Notes under the pieces: model-generated
Database searches by the model: none
The model's input: the letters and a program-made list of their open reading frames with translations, nothing else
What the model was told of the DNA's origin: nothing
Translations under genes and position numbers: made by a program
Assembly (NCBI GenBank): GCA_002269645.1
Contig: NIVC01002492.1
Location: 62,001 to 126,000 of the forward strand
Direction: 5' to 3'
Length of the DNA: 64,000 nucleotides
Source of the DNA: Macrostomum lignano
Taxonomy: Eukaryota
Part shown: positions 12,580 through 25,704 of the stretch, piece after piece
Layout: each line of letters starts with the position of its first letter
How positions within the stretch are numbered: the first letter of the stretch is position 1

Positions 12580-13155
12580 GTGGATGCTTGCTATTTATGG
12601 ATAGATACTTGCTATCAGGGGGATGCTTGCTCTTGGGGGTGGAGTACTTGCTATCTGAGAGGGGGTTGCTAGATATCTATAAGGTCTCTTTGTATCCAGG
12701 TTATGCTTGCTATTAGGGGTTGCTTGCTGTCTGGGGGATGCTTGCGATCTGGGGGATGCTTGCTATCTGGGGTCTGGGGGATGCTTGCTATCTGGGGTCT
12801 GGGGGGTGCTTGTTATCTGGGGTCTGGGGGATGCTTGCTATCTGGGATCTGGGGGATGCTTGCTATCTGGGGTCTGGGGGATGCTTGCTATCTGGGGTCT
12901 GGGGGAATGCTTGCTATCTGGGGATGCTTGCTATCTGGGGTCTAGGGGATGCTTGCTATTTGGGGTCTGGGGGATGCTTACTATCTGGGGTCTGGGAGAT
13001 GCTTGCTATCTGGGGTCTGGGGGAATGCTTGCTATCTGGGGATGCTTGCTATCTGGGGTTGCTTGCTATCAGGGGATGCTTACTATCTGGGGGATGCTTG
13101 CTATTTGGGGATTGATGCTTGAATGCTGTCTGAGGATGCTTGCTATCTTGGGATG
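12580..13155 (+). repeat. G-rich 25/18-bp minisatellite (gggggatgcttgctatct[ggggtct])n with G-quadruplex potential
   Basis: Tandem units with G4-G5 runs. Three overlapping low-complexity ORFs (12703, 12707, 12720) are repeat artefacts. Confidence 0.93.
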
Positions 13156-14543
13156 TTTTGTTTTTAAGAGGGAATGTCTGTTGTTTTTTATGAAGGCTTT
13201 ATTTTGCTGTCTATTTGTTATTTGTAAAGAACAAGGATTCTATCCAGATGTCCCCCATTGGGGGGCAAAGATTGCTAGTAATAAACTAATAATGACTTAA
13301 ACAAAACACTAAATGCTAGAAAATTTGCTAAATGCACATTTTTATTTAGTAGGCCTAGCCTACTTTTTCTTAGAAAAGTAATCAATTTGGCAATTGTCTA
13401 TGTTGTCTCTATGGTGTATGGCTATGTATTGGATTGCAAAATATTATGAAAGTGAAAAAATGGTTGGCCTAAAAATGAGTAACCGAAGTAAGTACTGGAC
13501 TATAGGCCTAACTTAAAATTTACCAATAAATCTAGTGCTAATATAAGCTAGGCCTAATGTTTAAAAAGTGATAGGCCTAATTTAAGAGAAGTTAAGTTAT
13601 AGTAATCTCATAATATAATGTATGTTACTTTTTTTCAAGTGACTTGTTTAACCTATAATGCATAACACAGGCTATTGAGACCTAACAAGGCATGAGAGGA
13701 TTTTTACTTTTACCCCTTTGTTAGTTTTACAATTTTTTTTTATTTTAAGATAAAAATGCTTGTAACCTATTCATTAATTTTATATCTTTGTTACTTCTAA
13801 TTTTCTTATTTATAAGGTAAAAGCTTATTTCCTATTTGTTACTTTATCTTATAATTGTTACTTATTTTTTAATTTTAGTATTTTTTCAAATATAAGTACA
13901 GTATTTCAATATAGTAGGCCTATAACTTTTTTATATTCACTAGGATGTTACAATACTTTGCTAAAACATTCATTACTTTTGTGATTGATTTGCCAAAATC
14001 TTTCAAAAATATCATGGAGCCTTAGCAAAATATTATTTTTCTCTAATTAGTAACAGGAACAATGCAAGCAAGAAAATAAGTGAAAATTTATATTTAAGTA
14101 GCATTGGTTTCTTAAACAATGTTAATTAAACAAAGTTCATAGAAAAAATATATAGCTCTAGGGCTTAACTTGACTGTATTAATTTTTTAGCTTGCTAGGG
14201 TGAAGTAAAATCCAAGGTTTTTATTCATAGGAAAATGTTAATTTCTGCAAATTTTAAGTAAAAAATGAATTTTATATCTCATTTGCAAAAAAAATTTAAA
14301 GGTCCACATTGAAATGTAAATGAGACTAATTAACATATTTTGATATTAAATGAAAGGTATCTTCTAAGATTTATCATTGTGATAAATCTTTATCATCTTC
14401 TGAAACAGCACCCAAAGTTGTCATAGATGTATATTTCTTAGTATAATTATTTGTTTATAATTATATTGTATTTACATTTGAATATATATATCTAATATTT
14501 TCTCAATAAATTTAAAATTTGTGATTCAATCTTCAGGCTTGCA

Positions 14544-17500
14544 ATGACTATAGGATACCCAAATGGAGCAGGTGATGACAGTGGCAACACCAATCAGTTT
14601 TACAGCCAGTATGAGCCCAAGGAAGTACTTGGCCAGTAAGTATCTTTAATTGTATTTATTTTGGATTTATTTATTTACAAAAGTGGCAAATATACACACT
14701 AAGTGAAGCCATTGTTTGACTCCTACCTCACAATTCCAGTGGCCTCAGTAGTGTGGTGCGAAAGTGCGTGGAAAAATCCACCAAGAATGAATTTGCTGTA
14801 AAGGTTATCGACCTAAACAACTTGGATGCTAATAGCGAGGATGCGAGGGCTGACGCCATGAAGGAGCTCGAAGTTCTTCGCAAAGTCCAAGGCCACCCCA
14901 ACATTATCCTGCTCCATGGCTACTTCGAAACAGCTGCATATGTGTTCTTCGTGTTCGAAATGTAAGTTTTCTGTTATTTATATGCACGAACTCATGCGCT
15001 TGTTCGCTTAGGTGTAGATCTAAATACATCAATTATACGAAAGAGTGTAGAAAAATGCAGATTCAATAACACAGCGGCCCCCTATTGGAACTTTTGATAG
15101 CTGTCCTAACGGCGAGCTGTTCGAGCACCTGAACAAGGTGGTTCGGCTGTCCGAGAAGCGAACCCGAGCGGTGATGCAGCAGCTGCTGGATGCCTTGCAG
15201 TTCTTGCATAGACGTAGCATTGTGCACAGGGACATCAAGGCTGAGAACATCCTGCTCGACGAAGCCATGAACATCAAGCTGACAGACTTCGGCTTTGCCA
15301 CCGAGGTGGAAGATGACGAGAGCCTCACGGACCTGTGCGGCACTCCCAGCTACCTCAGTCCAGAGATTCTAATTGTGAACATGTACGAGAGATACGAGCG
15401 GACTTCCGTACAGGGATACGGCAGGTGAGGGAGGCGTCTCAGAATTTTTACTGCACCCGACGGAGAGCCATTGGTCTACAAACCTTAGAGATTTAGTATA
15501 TTTAGATAAAGCTTAACATCGACATTGAATGCAAAAAACCAACGCGTTTTAACACACGGGCTGTCGTAAGGGTATATTTGATCGCTGAAACACACGAAAA
15601 CTCTATCTATTATAAATGATAAAGCTGCCCCCCTATTTTGTGAGTCTTCGTGTGTTTGAACTGTAATTTGATTCTTAATTTTCCCAGCCACACCTCAGGA
15701 TCGACTGAAACTATTTCACAATGAGGCCATTTCTCTATCTTTATTAATTAAGCTAACTCCAACAGAAAATATCACAGGATCACTTCGTTAACCTGTGATC
15801 ATGCCTACTATTTTTTTGTAAACACCAATAAACGTAACAATTCGGCTGTCGCTGTTTTTACTCATTAGCTTCACAGTGACAAAATTATATGCGCCGTGCC
15901 TGTTAATAAGTTGAACGACGTCTCCACCAAAAGTTGGTTCCACAGTTCATCCTGCTGTACGTCTGGATGGTTTTAAATATCCGCCGAGTACGCAGGTGTC
16001 AACTTGTCGGCAGATTGCAACAAGCGATCGGTTCGTTTTCCGATCCCGCGTAGAATTTTTCCGCGCCCAAGCACTTTACATTGCGGTGCCTAGGATACAC
16101 TAATCAATGCACTATTCTGGACTACTTCGCTGTTCCTCAATCAGGTCATTCCAATTACCTCCTCAATCCGCAGGGCGGTGGATATGTGGGCCTCTGGCGT
16201 GCTCATGTACACCATGCTCAGCGGATCGCCGCCCTTCTGGCACCGCAAGCAGATGACCATGTTGCGGCTCATCATGGAGGGCCGCTTCAGCTTTGATTCT
16301 CCAGAGTGGGAAGATATCTCGGACGCTGCAAAGGACCTCATTCGCAGGCTGCTCAGGGTGGACTCAAAGCAAAGACCAACTGCTGCTGAGGCGCTGCAGC
16401 ACCAGTTTTTTGCCCGGCAGGTGAGGCTATTTTGTTGATAGTTGTTCCGCTTATGCCATTCGCTTATTTCTATCATTGCGTAAGTGAACCAATAATGTCT
16501 TAGCCATTAATGCCGTTTTTGTTTTCATAAGCGTATTTTTGTTTTGCCGACTTTATTTCCTTAGGTATTTTTATGAAATCAGAAAAGCAATTAATTTTTG
16601 GCGATAGCTAAGACAAAAATCTAATATTTTTTGTTTTCCGCACTTGAAGTTTGCAAGCTATTCCCATCTCCACGTTTTAAGATAGACGCAAGCCTTCCCA
16701 GTGGAGTTCGTAGCCAGGTAACTACCAGAATATTGCTGTCAAATGCGCAGCTTGCTCTGTGCAAATTGCCCGAGCTACCGGTTTGCTGTTCTGCTAGTTT
16801 CTAGTTTACATGCACCTGCCTGATTACTTAGATGTATTGTTGTTCTTTTGAATCCCGTTCAGCTGGTGTCAGCAGTAACGAGTGCAGTGCATTCAGTTTT
16901 TCAACATGTGGCATCAACAACTGTCACTCTGGATTGACGATTTTTCATTCACATTCAATTTTCGCGAATCGCACCAGCAGTAAATTGAAATCAGAGTACC
17001 TGCTATTAATAATAAAAAATTGCATTTGCACCTGCTAATTATTTATTTAACTCGTTCGATGCACCGAATGATTCAGAAAGCTCACGAACCGACAGCACGT
17101 TCGTTTGAAGCATTTCCACCATTGATTCTTGATTCGGCGCACTTTCCTTGTCCTGACAGTGTTAATATAGTTTCACCCTTCTATATAATTTTAAGGAATC
17201 TAAAAGTGACAAGCACGAAGCACCATAGTACGACGGCTCGTAACTCAAGATTGCTCTTTGTTGCCTATTCAACAAGCTATTTCCAATGCTGCACCAAATC
17301 ACAGTATTTTCTGTACTTCAGTGTAAAAAGCCTTTTAAACATTTGTAGTTGTTTTATCACACACATAGGCACCCCGGATTGCTATAGTGATAATTTATAG
17401 TTTGTTAATTATCATTCCCTACCTACACAGGAAGACATTTTCGAATTTTATCTGCATACCATCGTCTCTCTCGGTACCCAGCACCTATGGTGTACGTGCA

Positions 17501-18339
17501 CTTGTCTGACTAGCTTTTTTCTCGGGCCCATCGACTCCTGCACTTTGAGTCTACTCAACCACTAAGACCCGCTCTTCTTTTTTATAGCGATTTCATTCTT
17601 AGACTAAGGATTACAGACCAGCTCTTTTATTTTCCACCGGTCCCATTTATAGGCTAAGGATTACAGACCTGCCCTTCTATTTTCCACCGGTCCCATTCAT
17701 AGGCTAAGGATTACAGACCTGCCCTTCTATTTTCCACCGGTCCCATTCATAGGCTAAGGATTACAGACCTGCCCTTCTATTTTCCACCGGTCCCATTCAT
17801 AGGCTAGGGATTACAGACCTGCCCTTCTATTTTCCACCGGTCCCATTCATTGGCTAAGGGTTACAGACCTGCCCTTCTATTTTCCACCGGTCCCATTCAT
17901 AGGCTAGGGATTACAGACCTGCCCTTCTATTTTCCACCGGTCCCATTCATTGGCTAAGGGTTACAAACCTGCCCCTCTTTGCAAGCTGACCACCCGAGAT
18001 TGTGCTAAATCCCTGATCACCTAAGTAAAGCCAGCTACCCCCGCCTTGGTCATCAAGGAGCTTCCACGCCTGTCGTTTGACCCGCGCAGCCGGTTCCGCT
18101 CCGCCATCCTGGCCGTCCGCTGCTTGTGTCGCCTCAGCCGTCTGCACTCGGCGCCCAGTCGGCTGGACATTCGGCGCCTTCGCTCGGATCCGTACAGCGT
18201 GCGCGCCATGCGGCGCTTGATCGACAGCACGGCGTTCCTGGTTTATAATCACTGGGTGAAGAAGGCGGAGGATCAGAACCGGGCGGCGCTATTCGAGAAC
18301 TCGCCTAAAATGGACCTGCTCGAGTCCGTGCGAGAGTGA
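14544..18339 (+). CDS. PHKG: Phosphorylase b kinase gamma catalytic subunit; exons 14544-14635, 14740-14961, 15101-15424, 16174-16420, 18058-18339 (alternative acceptor 18031); about 388 aa
   Basis: All introns are GT-AG and the phases are consistent. The protein reads FYSQYEPKEVLGHGLSSVVRKC, HRDIKAEN, DFG, CGTPSYLSPE, GSPPFWHRKQMTMLRLIM, and a C-terminal DPYSVRAMRRLID...HWVKK...NRAALFEN calmodulin-binding region characteristic of PHKG. Confidence 0.95.
17602..17976 (+). repeat. 50-bp minisatellite, about 7.5 copies, in the last PHKG intron
   Basis: Unit ggctaaggattacagacctgcccttctattttccaccggtcccattcata, with starts at 17602, 17652, 17702 ... 17952. Confidence 0.95.
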
Positions 18340-20776
18340 GGTCTGGACTTGCTTTGCTGGCTGGCTCGGCGATCAGCTTTTCTGTAATAGCTCCACTAAC
18401 TTCCTTTTTCGTATTTTGCTGCTCGGCCATAAACCAGGCTTTCAAATATTGTTTTATTGTGTCTCTAAGTACCTTACCTATCTGACTTGCCTACAATTCC
18501 TGAGCAATCTTTTGCTTCACTGCCTTGTTTTATAAATTCCGCTATCGGCTCAAATGCCTTGGCCAGCTCTCGGGCGCTCCGCACCGCCGCTGTTCACTTG
18601 AAGATTCCAGATAGATTTGCTAGCCTATATTTAAGCTGCAGACTAAAGCTCGTGTCCATGCCGATGCAATCACGTGATACAGGCTGCTCTCTGCACTGTT
18701 TTGCTTAACTTTTGGTCGCTTTTTGAGACGTGATCAAACAACTATATGAACAATAGTTGATCATTTGAATTGGGAACCCTGTTTTAGGTCTGCGCGCAAG
18801 GTCATTCTAATTTGGTGTACAATGTCTGTCACCTGTGTCCTTTGTAGTCTCTTCGGTACAAATCTTAACTGTCTTCTTATGCTTCGTTCCATGGACTTTT
18901 AAAATCTAGATTTTTATGCGCTTCAATCTACGAGTACATGAAATCAACGATCAATAAAAATTAATGCTGTTCTGGAAAATGCCCACCGTCGTGGCTTCAT
19001 TTTAATTGTTATAATTTTTAGGTAGCTAACTTATCATGTGATGCATAACTAGCGTAAATAATATAATTAACTTAAGCATTAAGCATTGAAGCTTAGCTGG
19101 CAAAAGTATACAGACGCTTTCAATCAAATTTTGCCGATTTTATTTTATTGTCAGTAATGTTAATATTTTGCGTTTCATCTCAGGTTAAACTCCAAAAGAC
19201 AAACGCAGGGCAAAAGCAAGTGGCAAAAAAGACCGACACACCCGGTCCAGAAAGGAGAAGCGAACCCCTTAAGCGACGAAGTCTATTATTGTTGAACTTA
19301 AAAAAATATATATTGCCAAAATTACGCCGACTCAGCGGCCGCGACGAGAGACTAAATAGCAGAGTGGAAAGGGGAGGTGGCCCTAAGCCCACAGGGCACC
19401 CGCACCCAACCAACCCACCAAAGCGAGGCCAGGCCGGCGCGGGGTGTTTAAAACCAGCTAAAGTCAGATAACTGCCTCAAACTGACGTAGTCAAACTTCT
19501 TTGCGATGTACATGTACGAGCTAGAATAATTGCTACATGTACTAGTAAAAGCGATAGGAGCCAATGCGTGAACGGACGCTCCATTCTCAATCTGGAAGTT
19601 CATCGTACTTGAGCCATGCGCCAACAACGTTTGTGCATGAATCTTTTTAGGAAGACTTGCTTTTGCTGAGTACTCGTATTTAGAATTCGAGTCTATGATT
19701 GGAATCAGAATTATTTTGACCGAGAATGCGAGTTTAACCTGCAAAAATCTTTCGAAAAACCTAGGACTTCTACATGTATACTATATGTAATAGCTACTTA
19801 CTACCAGGAAACTTCAACTCAGCGAAACTGGAAAATGCTTGAGAGACTGAGGATGACCAGCAGTTGAAGTTTTACATTATTGATGCTTGGTGAGAGATAT
19901 CAAAGAAATTTGCAGCATGGTGTCCCTATAGTCACCTGGTGTCATCTGTTGAAGGTGCCGACGGCGACGGATCGGGGATGACGGAATGCTTGAAAGTAGA
20001 AGAGGAAGTCCAAAGTTTGAGGTTTGCCCCACTGTCGAGGTTTGATCAGCGAAACTAGCGAAATTCGCAACATAATGGTGTCCATAGTCACTTGGTGCCA
20101 CCTGTTGAAGGTCCAGAAGCTCCTCCTGGGTGCAGAAAGCCAGTGACCAACGAAGTCAGAGCTAAATGCAGACACATGTCGTCGACGTGCTGATGAAGTT
20201 ACTTGTAGAAGGCTTCGCAAGGCTGGCACTGAGTTAATGACATGCATTATGATATATTGTGCCTTCATATGGGTGTCTGTTTAAAGTAATTGTCTTATTC
20301 CCCACTTGGTTGCTTGAATAAGTCTATATGGTCCTCATTTGTAATACCCCTTTTGGCGGCGCCGAATAAGTTCAATGTAAAACACTTTTATTTGTCTCGG
20401 CCAAATGAACCATCTAAATAATAAGACAAACGAATGTGCCACAAGAAAGTACTCAAAGAAATACATGAACGTACGTACAAGCAACAGATTATAATGTTTT
20501 AGAAAAGCGAGCAGTTTTTTGGCTTGACAGTTTAAAGTGAGTCAATGGATGGTAGCAGATCAACTCAATCAAAGTAGTCAAAGTAGACATTCACCCCGGC
20601 CCGCACAACTTCACATTGACCACCCCCCCCCAAATCAAAGAACTCACCAGTTGTCGTGGACATCACTACCAATCACACCTTCATACCTGAGTTTCTCTTC
20701 GGACGTCGGCTCTCATTGATTTCCCCGTCCTTCCAGTGGCTCTATGACTTTCCGCTTTGGTTGAACAAGTAAACTA

Positions 20777-21142
20777 GCGCACGAGTGCACGATGTCCTTC
20801 ACGCACGAGTGAACGTGAAGGATCCCATTGTCGGATGATTCATCGTGCAGGAATGCATTTCAGCGCCTAATGCTTCTTCAGTGAGATTTTACCATAGACA
20901 TCCATTCCTGCACGCAAAAGCGTGCAAGAATGCCATTCCTGCATGGAAAATCAGCCGACAATGTATTTCAGCGCCTAATGCTTTTTCAGTGAGATTTGAC
21001 CATAGATATTCATTCCTGGACAAAAGCGTGCAAGAATGAATGCCATTCCTGCACGGTTTTGCGCATTCCTGCACGATGAATCATCCGACAATGGGATCCA
21101 TTCACGTTCACGAGTGCGGGAATGACATCTGCACGCGTGCGC
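20777..21142. mobile_element. MITE-like element, about 365 bp, with about 80-bp imperfect TIRs and an internal direct duplication
   Basis: A perfect 37-bp inverted pair (ggatcccattgtcggatgattcatcgtgcaggaatgc at 20820 and its reverse complement ending 21099) extends imperfectly outward. Two about 105-bp internal copies start at about 20852 and 20961. Confidence 0.8.
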
Positions 21143-21418
21143 GGAATCATTCAATTCAGACAATTCAGACAGGGGACAATTTCCGACTAAGCGCTTGCCA
21201 GCCGTGGTCCGTCGTTTGCATAAGAGTATATATTTGGTAGGCCGCTGTCCTCAAAATAAAGACCATAGACAGAAAATAAACTTGGATATACAGTATGAAC
21301 ATTAGATGATTACTAGCAATATACGCCCCCCGTTGGGGAGCCAAAGAAATGCAATACACGTTTTTTTAATAAGCTACATATGTAGCCTTGAAATCTTAAA
21401 AAATCTCCTGTCAAACTT

Positions 21419-21700
21419 CTAACCCTAACCCTAACCCTAACCAAAACCCTAAATTCAATATTTTGTCCATGAGTTTTTGCATGATCTATGCTTCTATGAT
21501 TTTTGGCATGACGCTTCCATTGTTTTTGCATGACGCTTCCATTATTTTTGCATGATGCATCCATGATAAACATTTTTAATAAGCTACATGAGCTAAGTTA
21601 TAAGCTACCCTAACCCTAACCCTAACCCGAATCTTAACGCAATAACCCTGAACGTAACCCTAAACCTAAACCCTAATACCAACCCTAACACTAACCCTAC
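21419..21700 (+). repeat. Interstitial (CCCTAA)n telomeric-type repeats
   Basis: ctaaccctaaccctaaccctaacc at 21419-21442 and accctaaccctaaccctaaccc at 21607-21628, decaying to about 21700. Confidence 0.85.
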
Positions 21701-23074
21701 AGCCTGACATCTGCATAAGTTTGTGAAGCGCTAGTAGTATTTTTTAGCTTAGTATCTTAGCGTTAGGGAGCCAAAAATGCAGTACAAGTTTTGTAATAAA
21801 CTACATGTAGCATCTCTTTGCAATATACCTCAGAAGTCCCTTGTAAGCCTTGAAATGTCAGTAATTTAGATGATTATAGTGCTTGCGCAGTAACATCTGA
21901 CAGTTTTGAACAGGGGTTTGCTTTTATTGATTTTCCGTAAGCGTTAACTCAGTCTGAATTGTCTGAATTGAATTTCCGCTAGTTTTTTTAGAACTGGACT
22001 GGATTGAAGAGTAAAGGTTTTGCTTATTTCATTGTACGTCTGTACTATTACTCATCATTTGCCTTTTTTACCTGCCCCCTCCGCGCTTCACGCTGCACCT
22101 TTCTCACCCCCCATTCTGATTGGTTAACGTACGAATACATAGTAATTCATGCAAATTTGCAACCCCCCACTGTGTCAACCCCGCCTTACTTATTAATTGA
22201 GAATAAATATACCTAGCAAGACTAGACTGCGCGTACCCTTTTGATTTTGTTGTCTGCTACGATTGTCAATTGCGAGGCTAGCCACCAAGTGCTGCATTCT
22301 CGATTCTTTGGATTCTCTTGTCAACATGGACTTTGAACAAAATTGAAAGTGAAAAGGTGTAGTATTGTATCATTTTGGAGGGGTTTTTAGGGGTCTACCA
22401 ATGAAGCCAAATTGCTGCACGCTTCAAATGTCTACGGCCAACCAAACTGAACAAAAAACTCTATTTAATGTTACATTATTAAACATTATGCAGCAAGGTA
22501 TGAGTAACAGGACAAGAACAAGGAAACTTCAATGAAAATTTAAGCGAGCCAAAATATCAAACTATTTAATAGGCGGTGGCTTTCAGTTAAAGATTGGAAT
22601 TCGAAACGTTGATCCTCGCTGATATATCAATTCCACGCACACGAAGTAGACAGCGGACTGACCAGCTCGAGCGGTAATCAATAAAGCAGGCGCATAAAAT
22701 GCGCCATTAGACTTCGGCGTATTGTCCAATATTGCATAAGATCCATCTCATTGAGCAGGTCTCAATCCTGATCCAGATCCTGACTGGGTAAAACCTCCTC
22801 GAGTTCTTTCACGTCTAATTGAGCCAGATCGTCCAACATGCTCTGCATAGCTAATTGACTGGCGCTGAATACGCTCGCCAATCTCAGCGGAGGAGGCGCC
22901 GACCACGTCTCCTTGTGAATGAATAGTAGACCACACCAATTCGTTCACCAGATGCTGCGTCGTCGATAAAGCACACGTTAGCGTTTAAGATTTATTCACT
23001 GTGAGCAGAATGACGTATCATTTGTGTACATAGGTTACACGGGCTCCGCTTTATGAGCTTAAGTTGACAGGCCC

Positions 23075-24942
23075 TTTTTGGAAACGAAATTGTACTACAG
23101 AGATAGGCACATGTCAAATATATTTAAAACTTCACTTCCACTTTCGATAAAGTCCACTTCATATCAACAGTCTATGATCCAGACCTTACTGAAACTTCGA
23201 TTCACTCTCGTCAAAGTGACGTCCAATTTAGAAGTCAACACGCACTTTAGACAGGCCAGTTTGGATGCTGTTTATTGTGGAGATGAATAAAATTGAAGCA
23301 ATCTCTGTGGGACTTTATCTGTAGACAAAGAAGAACGAAATAATTACGAGCGTAACTAGAAACAAGAAATATTCAGGTCTAATTTTGAATTTCACACGTG
23401 AATTCAATCAGCAATTCTCTCAAATTCAAATTAACCATTGATGGTTTGAGATGCCAAGCACTGTGGTAGATATCTGACGCAGTGACCGAACCACCGAGCA
23501 ACCTTCTCTGCTGTGATGCAATCCACAGTGGCGTCCACTTCTCGCATCAGAATGTCCCGTCGGTACGCAGCCATACTGCGACCAGCGATCTGTTCCTGTG
23601 TTGGGCGAATGAACTCGTCTTGCATCCTTGACAAGCGTCGCTTCAGTGCCGCCTTCCAGCATGAGATCGCGTTCTCAACAGACGTTAGAAAAGGGCTGTA
23701 GGGGGGGGGCAGTCTCTTGATCTCGGCGACGCCAGCGATCTCATAAACTTCAGCGTCGTTATGGCTGCTAACGTTGTGGATTACAACGTTTATGCGACTG
23801 TCAGGAAACACGCTGCTGAAGTTGGCGATCGCAATCGTGAGAAACTCCCCGAACCGTTCCTTCGTCATGCCACGGTCGTATTTCGCATAGTGAACAACTC
23901 CAACAGCTGGACTCAGCAACACAGACCGTGACCCGCTGACCGTACGCTCGCTGTCCACGTGTCGATCTTCCATACGAACGGCGCATCCATGTATTAAACC
24001 CGAACTCGTCAATAAAGATGCGCATTCCTTGTCCACAGTCTCAGGTGAGCACACAGCCCTTCAACGAAGACAACTCGGGCCATTAGCACTTCGGGTGAGT
24101 TTCGCTGAGCGTACCAGCTTCGTGGTGAACAGTGCGCCGTCCAGTTTGATACTCAGCGTCTTCTAGGTGACAAAAGGTTTCTCAGGAAACTCCTGTCTCA
24201 GCATTGTGTTCATTTCCGCTAGTGTCAACATGGGGTTCTGCTCGACAATGTCGCACAGAAACTGCTGCAACTCGGCAGCAGTGATCAACCCATCAATCAA
24301 CCCATCAACCCATCAACCCATCAAATCAACCCATTTGATTTTCGTAGCCCCGCCACAAGGACGCTTCTCCACTCTGCCTGTCTTTGATGATCGAGTACGA
24401 TGTTGTCCTTTTGATGCCCAGCTGAGATGCGAGAAACACAAAATCCTCACCCTTCTGATGGGCAGCTAATAGACGTGACCGGTCGCGTTCGCTCACTTGG
24501 TGTCGTCGTGTCACTGGAACTTCGCCGCTGACGTGACTGTTCACAGAATCATTGTCCTCCTCTCCAGGTTCCTCGTACAATGAGGGTTCGCTGTCTCTCA
24601 TAGCTCAGAATCGCAGAGTTTTTGGTGTAGAAATAGACGGGAAATGGTGCAGGGAGGGATTGAAGGTTTCTAGATTAAGCGCATACAGTCTCCTGATGAA
24701 AATCTTTGTGGACAAAATATTTGTATGGCTTTATGCTGACTATGACATAAAATCTTGTCCCTGTCTAAAGTGCATGTTGACTGTCTAAATTGGACGTCAC
24801 TTTGACGAGAGTGAATCGAAGTTTCAGTAAGGTCTGGATCATAGACTGTTGATATGAAGTGGACTTTATCGAAAGTGGGAGTGAAGTTTTTCATATTTTA
24901 GACATGTTCCTATCTCTGTAGTGCAATTTCGTTTTTTCAAAA
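23075..24942 (-). mobile_element. IS630/Tc1-like DNA transposon with about 180-bp TIRs (23075-23255 and 24761-24942)
   Basis: The arms are reverse complements (e.g. gatccagaccttactgaaacttcgattcactctcgtcaaagtgacgtccaatttag) and enclose a broken transposase. No TA TSD is recognisable. Confidence 0.85.
23431..24601 (-). pseudogene. DDE_3 (IS630/Tc1) transposase pseudogene with frameshifts and stops
   Basis: N-terminal HTH-like segment (LASQLGIKRTTSYSII), then RIFIDEFGFN, VVIHNVSSH (degenerate second Asp) and RLPPPYSPFLTSVENA, spread over ORFs 24326..24601, 23801..24025 and 23431..24054. Confidence 0.85.
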
Positions 24943-25704
24943 TTTCAGTTTGCTTTGGTACGAAGCCATCCCTACGGAAAAGGAGAATCTGATCGTACAC
25001 TGCTTTAATGAACAACTGTAAGAATTTGGTACAAATTTGACCACAGGGAAGCATTTTCTTGAGGTTAGAATTGATGTTTACTTTCAGTTGTCGATAATGA
25101 AAGGGAGTTTGTCTGAAGTGGATGTTGTTTCAGAGATGCTAAGCTTGAAGTGTCGAAGATGAAGTCCAAATTGTCGAAAGTGAAACTGAGTTTGAATGAA
25201 AATGCAGATAAAATGGTGTAGCGATAAAAAAGATTATGCCTTGCCCATATTTTCAGCTCTAGCATCCCAAATCGAACAACAGCAGCTAGCATGCCCCGAG
25301 CGATTAGGTTATGTTACTTAAAAGCCCTTTGTGTACTACCTGTCTGCTTTACATATGTTTAACTAACCCGTTCTGCATTGTTGCCTTCCGGTGTATGGCT
25401 CTTTTTTAAGTCACAGGTTTCTTTAAATTTGATGTACAGCATCCAAGTTTGTTCAAGTTCATCTTTCCTTATATCGTTTACGTAATCATTTAAGCCAACT
25501 TCTTTCAGTTTTCTTTAAAAATACAATGCTCTACAACAGCCTTCAGACCCAGAAAAAATGAACATGTAGCTATATACGATTTCTTTCTCTCAAAACGCAC
25601 TCTGTTGATTATAAGATCTATGCATGGTTTGAACTAATTAGTATGTAGCAGTTGACTTAATCTTCCAGAGTGGTAGAACCAAGTACAACTAAAGCAATAT
25701 ACAA

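Noticed and set aside
12703-13300. Three long Gly/Leu/Cys-rich ORFs
   Set aside because: Artefacts of the G-rich minisatellite.
19148-19471. Basic 107-aa ORF downstream of PHKG
   Set aside because: It starts at a non-ATG codon, has no family motif, and contains A-runs typical of non-coding or retroelement 3' DNA.
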